From Lachnospiraceae bacterium (GTDB lineage Bacteria; Bacillota; Clostridia; Lachnospirales; Lachnospiraceae), in NCBI GenBank assembly GCA_030540075.1, contig JAUNWX010000008.1:8638-72637 (forward strand): 64,000 nt of DNA. Direction: 5' to 3'. The notes beneath the pieces are model-generated. The model was not told the DNA's origin. It saw only the letters and a list, made by a program, of their open reading frames with translations, and made no database searches. This document shows, in pieces, positions 38,468-48,211 of the stretch (position 1 is the stretch's first letter; every line of letters begins with the position of its first letter). The position numbers were made by a program, and so were the translations under genes.

Positions 38468-41071
38468 TCATTTGCCAACCCGCGGGACGATCATGATCCG
38501 GTCCATCTCCTCGTCCGGGAGGTATGGCGCGAGGTCCTCGAGTGGCGGGCTGATGATGCTGCCGTCCGGGAGGCGCTTCGCGGCGGACTTCGGGAGGAAC
38601 TGCTGGGTCAGGGTCACCATGATCTCGCAGATGGCCGGGCCGTCGGTCGCGAGGGTCTCCGCAACCGCGTCGTGCAGCTCCTCGTTGTGGTGCGCGCGGA
38701 TGAACGGGAAGCCGTACGCGTGCGCGATCTTCTCCATGTCCGGGAAGCTCAGGTCCTGGACGCCGCCCATGCCCGAGTCGATGCCAATGCCTACAAGCGG
38801 CTCTCCGCGGAAGAGGTTGGTCTGCGTCTGGCGGATGCTGTGGTAGCCGCCGTTGTTGATGACGAAGATTTTGATCGGCAGCTGGTGGCTGATGATCGTC
38901 TGAAGCTCCTGCAGGTTCATCTGGATGGAGCCGTCGCCGGTGAGGACGAGGATGTCATGCTTCTCGTACGCCGGGTAATGCTCGTCGCGTCCGGTCCAGT
39001 ACGGGTCACGGAGCTCGGCGGCGAGCCGGTCATCGGCGGATTCATGGAAGGATGGATCCGCAGCCAGTGCAGAATAATCGTGGTCCTGCTGCGCGTCGCC
39101 TGCATTGGCGTCGGAGGTTTCCCGTGGAAGTGAGGCGTCCGCGCCGCCGCAAGGGGTCGCGTCGACGGAGGCGTGCACAGCCACCGCGGCACCGATCGCC
39201 GCCGGAAGTCCGTAGCCCATCGAAGCCACGCCGTCCTGCGAGATGAAGCGGGTGCCCGGCTTGATGCGGTAGGCCTGTCCGCCCGCCACGCACGGGGATC
39301 CGTTGCCGACGACGGTCACCTGGCCCGGGGCCGCCTGGTCGGAAACCTCCTTGATGAGCGCATAGACGTTGGCGAAGGACGCCGGGTCCTCCGGGGACAG
39401 GGTCGGGTCGCTCGGCGCGAGGTACTCCGGCAGGATCGTCGGGTAGTTGTCGCGGTAGAACGCGCAGGTCGCGAGCCAGCTGAGCCGCGCGGCAGCCGGG
39501 GTAGTTTCTTTATTTGCAGTGCCTGCGTCGGAAGACGAATCTTCGGCCGGGGTGACGCTTGTCTTGGCTGCAGATGGAGCGTCCGCTGAAGCCGAGGTGT
39601 CGGTCGATGTCAGGGCCGCCTCGGCCTGGGTGCCGGTCGACGGCTGTGCCACTGCATTTTCAGCCAGCACATCATGGCGCGCTTCTTCCGTGTGGCAGAC
39701 GCAGAGGGCGTCGTCGCGGAGGAGGCCTTCGCCGCCCTGGAAGAGCGGGTGCGCCGGGGTGTGGCCGAGGACGTGAAGCTCGCGGAGCAGGCACTTGAGG
39801 AGCTGACGGGCGTCGGCGTGCACGGCAAGGTCACAGTGCACGGACGGCTTGCGGAGCTCCTCGGCGTCGATGTCGTTCACGATCACATAGGCGTCACGGG
39901 CCCAGCTCTTGAAATCGTAGCCGACCTGACGGATGTTGAGGCGGGAGCCAATGCTGAGAATCAGGTCTGCATTCTGTACGGCGAGGTTGCCCGGGCGGTC
40001 ACCGCGACCACCCGGACGGCCGACGTAGAGCGGGTCGTCGCTCGGGATGATGTCCGGTCCGTTCCAGCCGACCACGACCGGAATATTAAGGAGATGCGCG
40101 ACCTCCAGGAAGAGCGACTCGGCGCCCGCAATGCGGATGCCGTTGCCCGTGTATAAAATCGGGCGACGGCTCGCGCGGATCTTCTCGAGGATGAGCTGCA
40201 CCTGCTGCGGATCCACCGGCGGCACAGCGGCCTCTCGCTTCGACGTATCGGCATCCGCCGGGATCCGGTGCGCCGCTGCATAGGCTTCGGCCGCCACGGC
40301 TGCCGGGGACGTCATCGCAGCTGCAGAACCGGATGCTGCCGGGATGTCGGAAGCGGCGTCGGTGACGGATGCGTGGTCGACTGCATTGGCCTCATACGGA
40401 GAGCGCGCGAAGGCGTTCCGGCAGTGCGGGCAGGCGTCGATGTGCGTGGTGACGTCCGGGGAGGTGGCCCAGCCGTCGCCACCGGCCGCGTAATCCACCG
40501 GGTCGAAGCCGATCAGTTCGTCGGTCTCGATGTACTTTCCCTGGATGTCGACCGGGATGTCGAGCCAGCAAGGGCCCGGGCGGCCGGTCTGGCTGAGATA
40601 TATGCACTTTTCGAGCACGTAGCGGACGCGGTACGGGTCGGTCAGCATCTCCGAATACTTCGTCATGCAGTCGATGGACTTCGTGATGTCGAACTCCTGG
40701 TCGCCCATCGCGCGGAGGCGGGTGCCGTTCTGCTCTTCTGCCCAGCGCGCGGTGTTGTCATAGCGAACCTGGCCGGAGATGATCAGCATCGGGATGGAGT
40801 CGAGCCAGGCACCGAGCACGCCGGTGATGGCGTTTGTGCCGCCCGGGCCGGAGGTCACGCAGAGAAGCGCCGGACGGTTGTAGATGCGGGCGTAGCTCTC
40901 CGCGGCCATCGCGCAGGCCTGCTCGTGGTGCTGGTAGAGCGTGTGCATGCCCTTCTGGTGGCCGAAAGCGTCGTTCAGGTGCATGGCACCGCCACCGGTC
41001 ACGCTGAAGTTCTGGGTGATGCCGTTGGCGACGAGGGTTTCGGAAATGTAGTTCGCAAGCTTGATTTTCAT
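38468..41071 (-). CDS. Thiamine-pyrophosphate-binding enzyme (acetolactate-synthase-like, YerE-type), inflated to 867 aa by insertions
   Basis: VTGGGAMHL, HHEQACAMAAE, VTSGPGGTNA, GPCWLDIPVD, SMGYGLPAAIGA, GDGSIQMN...NN TPP motif. Confidence 0.88.
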   Translation of the reverse strand: MKIKLANYISETLVANGITQNFSVTGGGAMHLNDAFGHQKGMHTLYQHHEQACAMAAESYARIYNRPALLCVTSGPGGTNAITGVLGAWLDSIPMLIISGQVRYDNTARWAEEQNGTRLRAMGDQEFDITKSIDCMTKYSEMLTDPYRVRYVLEKCIYLSQTGRPGPCWLDIPVDIQGKYIETDELIGFDPVDYAAGGDGWATSPDVTTHIDACPHCRNAFARSPYEANAVDHASVTDAASDIPAASGSAAAMTSPAAVAAEAYAAAHRIPADADTSKREAAVPPVDPQQVQLILEKIRASRRPILYTGNGIRIAGAESLFLEVAHLLNIPVVVGWNGPDIIPSDDPLYVGRPGGRGDRPGNLAVQNADLILSIGSRLNIRQVGYDFKSWARDAYVIVNDIDAEELRKPSVHCDLAVHADARQLLKCLLRELHVLGHTPAHPLFQGGEGLLRDDALCVCHTEEARHDVLAENAVAQPSTGTQAEAALTSTDTSASADAPSAAKTSVTPAEDSSSDAGTANKETTPAAARLSWLATCAFYRDNYPTILPEYLAPSDPTLSPEDPASFANVYALIKEVSDQAAPGQVTVVGNGSPCVAGGQAYRIKPGTRFISQDGVASMGYGLPAAIGAAVAVHASVDATPCGGADASLPRETSDANAGDAQQDHDYSALAADPSFHESADDRLAAELRDPYWTGRDEHYPAYEKHDILVLTGDGSIQMNLQELQTIISHQLPIKIFVINNGGYHSIRQTQTNLFRGEPLVGIGIDSGMGGVQDLSFPDMEKIAHAYGFPFIRAHHNEELHDAVAETLATDGPAICEIMVTLTQQFLPKSAAKRLPDGSIISPPLEDLAPYLPDEEMDRIMIVPRVGK

Positions 41072-41208
41072 TACTTACTCCTGCTTTTCGTGAGGAGCGC
41101 GGCTCCTCGTGATGTAGTGTATTTCATTGTACTAGTTCGCGGGGAGAGGCGCAAGGGGACGAGGTGGAAGACACGCGTCACGCGCCAGCCTCATCTATCC
41201 AGACTGCA

Positions 41209-41248
41209 TAAAAACCGCCACATGCCGGGGTGGCTATGTGGCGGTTTT
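41209..41248 (-). terminator. Rho-independent terminator after the TSUP-arginase genes
   Basis: AAAACCGCCACAT / ATGTGGCGGTTTT 13-bp stem with a T run on the minus strand. Confidence 0.65.
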
Positions 41249-41313
41249 CGTCTGGTTCAGTGGATGCGGGCCTTGCAATATGGATGCCCGACGGAAAGCT
41301 CCCCGGTGCGCCG

Positions 41314-42270
41314 CTACTGCATGCGCGCCAGATAATGCTCGAGAAGGCGGCGATTTACGCCGTCGCTTCGGCGGAGGTCGCGGGTGTCGTCGAGGATGCG
41401 GCGGCAGGCGTTATAGGCGGGTTCGCCGCAGATGTCGGCACCGAGGATGTGGATCTGGGGGGCTGTGGTGAAGCGGTCGAGTTCGTGCCGGAATTCGGCT
41501 TCGGTCATGATGCCCTGGTCCCAGTTGGTGCGGAGCACTTTTCGGGAAAGGACGTCCTTATCGATGGAGATGTAGACCGGGAGTCTGAGCTCGTCAAGGA
41601 TGTGTGGCAGCTCGCGCGCTACACGGCCGTCCAGGATGTCGTCCTCCGTAAAGCAGTAGAAGCGCACGGGCGCGGATGAGCGTGGGGATTGATCGTCGGC
41701 TTCCCGGCGCATGAACGTCCAGGTGTGGGCCGGGAGATTCACGTCCGAAGCGTTGGGTGTCCTGTCATGCACAGCGGAATCTGCAATCATCCGCGGTTCA
41801 GATGCTGTTCCAGACACGCTTCCAGCGCTGAAGTTGTCTTCGTCAACGAGACTCTGCAGCTCGCGTTCGATGATGTCGGCCTGGGCGCGTTCCGGGCCAA
41901 TGATGAGGACGGCGCGGCAGTGGCTGTTCCGGAGGAGAACGTCGCGGATCCAGGAGCCACAGCTCATGAGGCCGGGGAAGACGGGCTTTCGGAGGTCGAC
42001 GTGGTGATCGTAAACGACGAGGGCGAAGTCTTCCGTGATTTTTTCGCACCAGAAGCGCGTGAGGTAGTGGTAGTTGCCGTTGTCGAGAAAGTGGAGGCCG
42101 CGCGCCGGGAAGTCGGCGATGCGACGACGTATCTCATCCGCGGCGGCATCGTCGCAGAAGCCGTTGGTGCCGGACAGCGTGGTGAAATCGAGAATGTAAG
42201 GAATGAACGAATAGAACGTTTCGTCTTCGTAGATGTGAGTGAAGTTCATGATGATGACGGGATCCTGCAT
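41314..42270 (-). CDS. Arginase/ureohydrolase-family protein
   Basis: DNGNYHY, YDHHVD, SCGSWI, YISIDKDVL, NWDQG; AAAGGAGG RBS before MQDPVII. Confidence 0.75.
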   Translation of the reverse strand: MQDPVIIMNFTHIYEDETFYSFIPYILDFTTLSGTNGFCDDAAADEIRRRIADFPARGLHFLDNGNYHYLTRFWCEKITEDFALVVYDHHVDLRKPVFPGLMSCGSWIRDVLLRNSHCRAVLIIGPERAQADIIERELQSLVDEDNFSAGSVSGTASEPRMIADSAVHDRTPNASDVNLPAHTWTFMRREADDQSPRSSAPVRFYCFTEDDILDGRVARELPHILDELRLPVYISIDKDVLSRKVLRTNWDQGIMTEAEFRHELDRFTTAPQIHILGADICGEPAYNACRRILDDTRDLRRSDGVNRRLLEHYLARMQ

Positions 42271-42337
42271 GTGCCTGCCTCCTTTCCACATTTATGCGGA
42301 CGGGTGCCTGCGTCGAGGGCACCTGCATTGGCCTGCC

Positions 42338-43105
42338 TCACAGGATGTACTCGGTGACGACCTTGATGGCGAGGAGGACGAGTACGACGAGGATCGACGG
42401 GCGGACGATTTTCATGCCGTTTTTCATCATGAGGCCGGCGCCGATGTAGTTGCCGATCATGTTGCAGATGGCGCATGGGATGCCGAGCAGGAAGACGGTC
42501 TGGCCGTGCAGGATGAAGATCACGAGGGAGGTGATGTTCGTCGTCAGGTTGATGACCTTCGTCTGGCCATTGGCGGTTTTGATGCCGAGCTTCGCGAAGA
42601 CGGTGAAGGCGATGATGAGGAAGGTGCCGGTGCCCGGGCCGTAGAAGCCATCATAGAAGCCGATGATGAGGGCGGCGAGGATGGCGGTCACGTAGACCTT
42701 CGCGCTATCCGTCGATGCTTCTTCGACGTTGTCGTGGAAGATGTGGCGGTTCAGGACGATGAAGGCGGTCACGGGCAGGACGACGAGCAGGATTGTGACG
42801 AGGACCTGTTCCGGGATGAGGAGGCTGATGCGGGCACCGATCGAGGAGCCGATAACAGCCGCAACGATAGACGGGATCGCGAGCTTCCAGTTGACGAGGC
42901 CTTCGCGGATGAAGCGGACGGTCGCGACGGTGGTGCCGCAGCAGCTGGAAAGCTTGTTGGTGCCGATGGCGTAATGCGCCGGGAGGCCGGCGAGCAGGTA
43001 GGCCGGAAGGGAAATCAGACCGCCGCCTCCGCCGATGGCGTCGACGAGACCGGCGAGAAAAACGAGCGGACAGCAGATAAGATAGGTTAGAAATGTGATA
43101 TGCAT
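42338..43105 (-). CDS. Sulfite exporter TauE/SafE (TSUP) family transporter
   Basis: AGLVDAIGGGGGLISLP, AIGTNK, GFYDGFYGPGTGTF, NLTTN. Confidence 0.9.
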   Translation of the reverse strand: MHITFLTYLICCPLVFLAGLVDAIGGGGGLISLPAYLLAGLPAHYAIGTNKLSSCCGTTVATVRFIREGLVNWKLAIPSIVAAVIGSSIGARISLLIPEQVLVTILLVVLPVTAFIVLNRHIFHDNVEEASTDSAKVYVTAILAALIIGFYDGFYGPGTGTFLIIAFTVFAKLGIKTANGQTKVINLTTNITSLVIFILHGQTVFLLGIPCAICNMIGNYIGAGLMMKNGMKIVRPSILVVLVLLAIKVVTEYIL

Positions 43106-43459
43106 AGTGGTGGTACCTCGATGTATGGTGGGGTTTGGCGGGGTGGCGGGCGGTGGTGCCACGCGGCAGGGCGCGGAGCGGTGCGGGCGTGGGCGCAGCA
43201 GCGGCGCGGACGGCAGGCAGCTGCGTCAGGCGCGACAGCGGCGCAAGTGGCAGGCACGAAGCCATCCAGGTTCTGTTCGTCTGCATTGGCCCAGCTGAGC
43301 AGGCCCGAACAATGATGTTCATGTTATACTTTTCTTTTCGCAAGCGCAAGCCTTAAAATGGATATGATTTCTATAGCCGGGAGTTGGGGTGCTACGAAGA
43401 AGCTGTTCAGAGTACTTCCGAACGTGTTTGCAGGATAGTGAAGGAGGCGCACGCAAAAA

Positions 43460-43835
43460 TAGACACGATATTAAATTTTTGCGATACGTGTATACAAAAT
43501 AGACACGAACATGCATTTTCAAAATATATGTCTACTGTTTTTCTTCCCGATGAGGTAATTTGAAGAGAAAACTATACACGGATGGCCCTATTTAAAAATC
43601 GTGTATAGAAAAAGGAGTAAAGAAGCATAGTTTCACTTACTTTTCGGGTTTTAACTATACACGATTTCTAAATTCTGTCTTTAGTGTATATTTTCATCTG
43701 AAAACCTCTGTGAAACCCTGAAAATCAGTATACACTATTTTTCATATCGACGATCCGTGTCTATAGCCCGCAATCGTGCCTTATAAATTCAAGCCAGAAC
43801 TATACACGCAGCATCTATTTTGCAATTCCTGTATA
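43460..43835. repeat. Array of six 35-bp quasi-palindromic sites TA(T/G)ACACG-N19-CGTGT(A/C)TA
   Basis: Left arms at 43460, 43500, 43573, 43656, 43729, 43801; every spacer is exactly 19 nt. Confidence 0.9.
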
Positions 43836-44088
43836 GTTTTCGCAGATACCCTCCCGGGCGACTGGATCCTCCACATGCGGTAAAGATTTTGTGATCCCTG
43901 TATAGTATAAACAGATATCGCCCGGGACGACAGGATTGCCAACACTCAGCAGCCGTCTTATGATCCCTGTATCATTAAAAGCACTCCTAATAAAAAGCAG
44001 CCTGGATCGAGATAAGCTGCTCTCAAGCAGGATATCATCACCCAGACTGCTTCCTTCCATCTGTCTATCTTTCTGTCTGAATCATCCG

Positions 44089-44901
44089 TCACCCGACGTC
44101 CGTGCTGCCTTTGCCGAAATAGTACTCCAACAGTTGCTGTACGTAGATCTCGTCCAATGGCATTTCCTGCGTTTCAAACGACATGATCAGGTTTACGCCA
44201 GGATAAATTCCATTATTCAGGTATGTCCGCATCTTCTTTATAAAATCCTGCTGATAATCCTCATCATCCATCATGCCGAAGTGTTCATAATAATAGATAT
44301 CCCCACTTTTCGGGTCTACGATCGTAAAGTCTGGATAATTTGGTTTTCTGGTATTTTCCAGTTCCAGCCTGCATTCATAACGGAATGGCAATTTCGCATT
44401 TCTCAGAAGATTATAAATCGAGCGTTCTGATTTGGAACGGACAAATTCACCGCTCACCGTCGGTACATTCAGATGTCCCGGATTCATCGGATTCTTTTCG
44501 TAATCCGCACAGGCCCACGCTTTCAGATTCTCCGGCAGATCATACAGAAATGCTTGTGTCAATTCACGAAGCGCTCCCGAGTGCTCCAGTATGTATTCGG
44601 CATGCTTGATTTTTTGCAGGCTCTTCAAGCAGCACTCATAGGCTTCGATCTGTTGCTGAATATCTTTTAATTTCGCCTGATAAACCCGCTTCAGCGCCAA
44701 CGTCTCCGCCAGTTTCCTTTCTTTTTTCGATAAATATTTCGGCTTTTGCGAACCCGGCGCGCGATAGAGCCAGCTCCAGCCCTGTGGATTCACCCGGAAG
44801 TGAATCGTTCCCTCCGGCGCCGTTTCCAGCCAGCGTTCATACTGCGCGCGTGCGCTCCGCAACCGCTCGATTTCATATTTCATTTTTTCAGATAAATCCA
44901 T
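44089..44901 (-). CDS. Hypothetical protein with a C-terminal PD-(D/E)xK/DUF559-like nuclease motif set
   Basis: AGGAGG RBS before MDLSEK; coiled N-terminus; VRSKSE, PFRYE, YPDFTI, YYYEHFGMMD, KMRTY. Confidence 0.65.
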   Translation of the reverse strand: MDLSEKMKYEIERLRSARAQYERWLETAPEGTIHFRVNPQGWSWLYRAPGSQKPKYLSKKERKLAETLALKRVYQAKLKDIQQQIEAYECCLKSLQKIKHAEYILEHSGALRELTQAFLYDLPENLKAWACADYEKNPMNPGHLNVPTVSGEFVRSKSERSIYNLLRNAKLPFRYECRLELENTRKPNYPDFTIVDPKSGDIYYYEHFGMMDDEDYQQDFIKKMRTYLNNGIYPGVNLIMSFETQEMPLDEIYVQQLLEYYFGKGSTDVG

Positions 44902-44962
44902 ATTCCTCCTTATAGTCAAGTGATTTCTACACAAAGCGGGCAAATCCTGCCGCTGATTCGAC

Positions 44963-47962
44963 TTATGTCTGCTCTTCGCGAACGAACAGCGTCGCAACCC
45001 AGCCTGCGGCGGCTGCGCTGAAGTAAGCGGTCGGATAGTCCACACCACCCTGGCTCTTCCGGGTGCCGAGGGCAATGCCGGCGGCCTCTCCTTTGGTGGT
45101 TGGGAGGTAGGCCTGGCGCGGCCGGCCGTTGACTCTGTATTCGCTTAATTCGAGGTAGCCAAGTTCCGCCAGCTTTCGGTCGATGGTCGCACCATACAGC
45201 TTCTTTCGTCCCTGGTCCTGCTGCTCTGCTTCCTCGACGAGCGTGTTCAGAAGCGCAGCGATTTCCGGCGAGCGCAGGCCGTCCGCACAGTGGAAGGAGG
45301 CGGCTTCTGCCACAGTCAGGAAGAAGTCCTGCTTTTTCTTTACCTTCTTCCGCGTCCGCTGCTGCAGGTACTTCTCCTCGAGGAAGGCGAGCAGGACATC
45401 ATCCGGGATAAAACGGTATTTCGGATTCTGCTGCGATTCTGACCTTGCTTTCGGCACGGACTTTATAACAGGTGCAGGCACACCGGCATCCGTCAGGCCT
45501 GCACACGTGCTGTTTTCCTGATGCCCCGGATCAGCCGCGAATCCCATGCTTACAGAACCTACCGTACTATCCTGTATCTTTCCCGACTCATTTTCACAGA
45601 AACCTGCAAAGTTCCCAAGGTCAGCCGCGAATCCCATGCTTGCACAGGCTCTGGTACCATCCTGCAGATCCTGCTGAATCTCCTCCGACACGTTTTCATA
45701 GAAGTCTGCGACACGTGCAGGGTCGAGGGCTTTCCGGATCTCATCGGTAAAGGCTTCGTAGTGGAGTTCCAGCTTCCGCTGGCCGACACCGTGGATGCGC
45801 GCAAATTCCTCGCGGGTGAGCGGGAGCATACGGCACATCTCCACCAGTGACTTATCGGTGAAAATCTGGTACGCCTGCACACTCCGTTCCATCGCGAGCC
45901 GCTTCCGAAGCGCTTTCAGATTTCCGAGCAGCTGCGTCCGCATCTCAGGCGAAATCTCGAGACGGGCACTTTCAAGCAGCCGAAGCTGCTGCGTGTCGGG
46001 CTGGTATGCGCTGGTCCTGACCTGTGTGGCACACCCGGTTTCATTCGGAAGCTTTTGTGCATCGGCCTCGCCATCGAGAATCCGGGCAGAAGCATTGCCC
46101 TCAGATGCCGTGACATCCGTGAGACGACCGTCCGCTGGGCACTCCGGCACACGTGACGCCGGCCACGGCGCAGAGGACGACAGCGCAGGCGCTTCTCCCG
46201 ACGTCTGTGCGGACTGACCGAGCGCCGTGGCCATCGCATTTTCATTTTTCTGATATTCGACTTTTCGCATCGCCATGATCCTTCCTGTGCGCTTCGCATG
46301 CGCATCATAATCGAAATGGTGCTGCTTTTCGCCCGCCTTCCACAGGCGGATCTTCCGCCCGACATCCATGTCCGTCTCGAGCTGGTGCAGATGTTCGCGC
46401 ATCCGTTCCTGAAGGCCCATAGTATCGCTGATGCCATAGCGGTCCTCCTCGAGGAAGTGCTCTGGATTGCAGTTCACGCAGCAGCTGTCACGCGGGATGG
46501 AAAATGCGCGGAAATTCTGCACGCGAATTCCCGGCTCCCACAGCTCCCAGGGATCCGTGCGGAGATGATCATATTTATAGGCCTGGTTTCGCATGTGCTC
46601 CCGATCGGCATAGCGTATGAAGACATGCTGCTTCTCCGCGCGCTTCAGCTGCATCGACACCTTCTGAACGCGGTTTACCGGATAGCGCCCGGACTGCCGG
46701 ATCGTCCGCAGGCTCTCGTCGACCGGCAGCTCTGCGCTCGTCAGCACTCGATTCCGCGACGGAAGCGTGATGACCTCGTAGTCAGCGGACGTTTCATCTG
46801 CCTGCTCAACATAATTTTTCATAAATGCGCGCAGACACTGATGCGTCATCGCGTAGCGGCGCATCGCTTCAAACTGCCGCTTCACCTGCGCGACGACTTC
46901 CGGATACGCCTGGTAGCCGAGCGTCACCTTCCCGAGCTTCGTGCGCTGGAGCTCGAAGTCGCGCTCGTTCGCAAGGAGAATGCACTCGGCCGGCAGGCCG
47001 TCACATCCCGCATGGACGACTTCCTGATAATAATGGTCGAGACTTTCCGGCATCGTGTAGTGCAGCACGAAGCGCACATCCGACCGGTCCAGCTCGAGAA
47101 AAGGATCCGGCGTCACGACGAGGATCCGGGCGCCTGCGCAGAAAGCCCGGGCATTCGCCATCCGCTCCTCGCGGGTCAGACCTGCGTGGTAGGATAGCGC
47201 CGGGAAACCGCTGCGATTGAGCAGCTGTGCGATGTGCTCCGTCAGACGATGCTCTGTGCAGTAGATGATGCCTGCTTCGTCTTCATGGCGGCGTAGAAAA
47301 TCGAGGAGAAACGGTGCCTTGCGCTGTGGCCGATGCACCGACAGAAAGAGATTCAGGCGTTCAAACTGATGCCGGATGAGAAGTGGATGCTGAAGTGAGA
47401 AAAAGTGCCCGATGTCCTGCTCCATCTGCCGCGTTGTCGGCAGTGCCAGTGCAAGGACCGGTGGACGGGAGTGCGCTGCCTGTCGCTCGAGATCCTTCAG
47501 CAGAAGTGGGATCGCGTAGTAGAGCGGCTGGAAATGTGGTGCGTGGATCGAACAGATCTGGGCTTCATCGATGACGATCAGGGAAATCGATGCCTGAGAG
47601 ACGAGGAAAGAGCGGATTTTAGACTTCTCCAGAAGACCTGGTGAGACAAAGAGTATTCGGAAATGATGTCGTCGGACGCGCTCCCGCTGCGCGGCCATGA
47701 CATAATCCGTCGTGCCGGAATGCAGCATCGCCGCAGGGATACCATCCTGCTCAAGCATAGTGATTTCTTTTTCCATGCGCTCTTTAAATGAAGAAATGAT
47801 CAGTATGATTCCCGGAAGCTGCCCCACCAGCCGTCGGTAGCAGTCCAGACGAAGCTGACCGACCGGCGGCATCGCCAGCACATCCCTGCCGCTTTCCAGC
47901 GCGGAAAGGATTCGCGCATAGGCCGAGGCCAGAGACATTTCAGATCGATGAACATCGGACAT
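44963..47962 (-). CDS. RecQ-like protein with degenerate helicase motifs, split RQC Zn site, HRDC domain and C-terminal extension
   Basis: Colinear with RecQ (GRDVLA, IDEAQ, GIIYC, YHAGL, VRFVLH, YYQE, HRDC IFTDKSLVEM...GVGQRK), but Walker A and motif VI are substituted. Confidence 0.82.
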   Translation of the reverse strand: MSDVHRSEMSLASAYARILSALESGRDVLAMPPVGQLRLDCYRRLVGQLPGIILIISSFKERMEKEITMLEQDGIPAAMLHSGTTDYVMAAQRERVRRHHFRILFVSPGLLEKSKIRSFLVSQASISLIVIDEAQICSIHAPHFQPLYYAIPLLLKDLERQAAHSRPPVLALALPTTRQMEQDIGHFFSLQHPLLIRHQFERLNLFLSVHRPQRKAPFLLDFLRRHEDEAGIIYCTEHRLTEHIAQLLNRSGFPALSYHAGLTREERMANARAFCAGARILVVTPDPFLELDRSDVRFVLHYTMPESLDHYYQEVVHAGCDGLPAECILLANERDFELQRTKLGKVTLGYQAYPEVVAQVKRQFEAMRRYAMTHQCLRAFMKNYVEQADETSADYEVITLPSRNRVLTSAELPVDESLRTIRQSGRYPVNRVQKVSMQLKRAEKQHVFIRYADREHMRNQAYKYDHLRTDPWELWEPGIRVQNFRAFSIPRDSCCVNCNPEHFLEEDRYGISDTMGLQERMREHLHQLETDMDVGRKIRLWKAGEKQHHFDYDAHAKRTGRIMAMRKVEYQKNENAMATALGQSAQTSGEAPALSSSAPWPASRVPECPADGRLTDVTASEGNASARILDGEADAQKLPNETGCATQVRTSAYQPDTQQLRLLESARLEISPEMRTQLLGNLKALRKRLAMERSVQAYQIFTDKSLVEMCRMLPLTREEFARIHGVGQRKLELHYEAFTDEIRKALDPARVADFYENVSEEIQQDLQDGTRACASMGFAADLGNFAGFCENESGKIQDSTVGSVSMGFAADPGHQENSTCAGLTDAGVPAPVIKSVPKARSESQQNPKYRFIPDDVLLAFLEEKYLQQRTRKKVKKKQDFFLTVAEAASFHCADGLRSPEIAALLNTLVEEAEQQDQGRKKLYGATIDRKLAELGYLELSEYRVNGRPRQAYLPTTKGEAAGIALGTRKSQGGVDYPTAYFSAAAAGWVATLFVREEQT

Positions 47963-48211
47963 CTCGAGTAGTTCCTTTCGCTCGGAGTGTAATAATCATA
48001 ATCGCAACGACGAAATCAGAAGCCCGATTTCAGAATTAGGAAAACAGAAAACAGAAATCAAGGCCAGGTATACACTGTGACGATGGCTCGCATAGAATAT
48101 CTGCATGTATTCTTAAATAACTTCATCTTTTTGCATATACATATCGTAATATAAGTTTTTACTTTTGGCAATATCAACAAACAGACTATATTTGGTTTTT
48201 GCACATCTCAA

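Noticed and set aside
38468-41071. Annotating the TPP enzyme as ilvB of branched-chain amino-acid synthesis
   Set aside because: No ilvN/ilvC/ilvD neighbours; the context is sugar-nucleotide modification.
41314-42270. Arginase-family protein as a degenerate pseudoenzyme
   Set aside because: Equivalent metal-ligand positions (NYH, DHHVD, IDKD) appear retained.
42323-43291. CTGCATTGGCC direct repeat flanking the TSUP gene as a target-site duplication
   Set aside because: Near-identical words occur inside several coding regions (40381, ~39101, ~30995), so the 11-mer is probably common in this genome.
43815-44060. 81-aa ORF with repeated (N/Y)xTGI motifs
   Set aside because: The peptide repeats simply translate the TATACAGG half-sites of the DNA array; there is no convincing RBS.
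44963-47962. Calling the RecQ-like gene a pseudogene or a functional recQ
   Set aside because: There are no stops or frameshifts over 999 codons and HRDC is conserved, so it is not a clear pseudogene; the lost catalytic residues argue against the recQ symbol.
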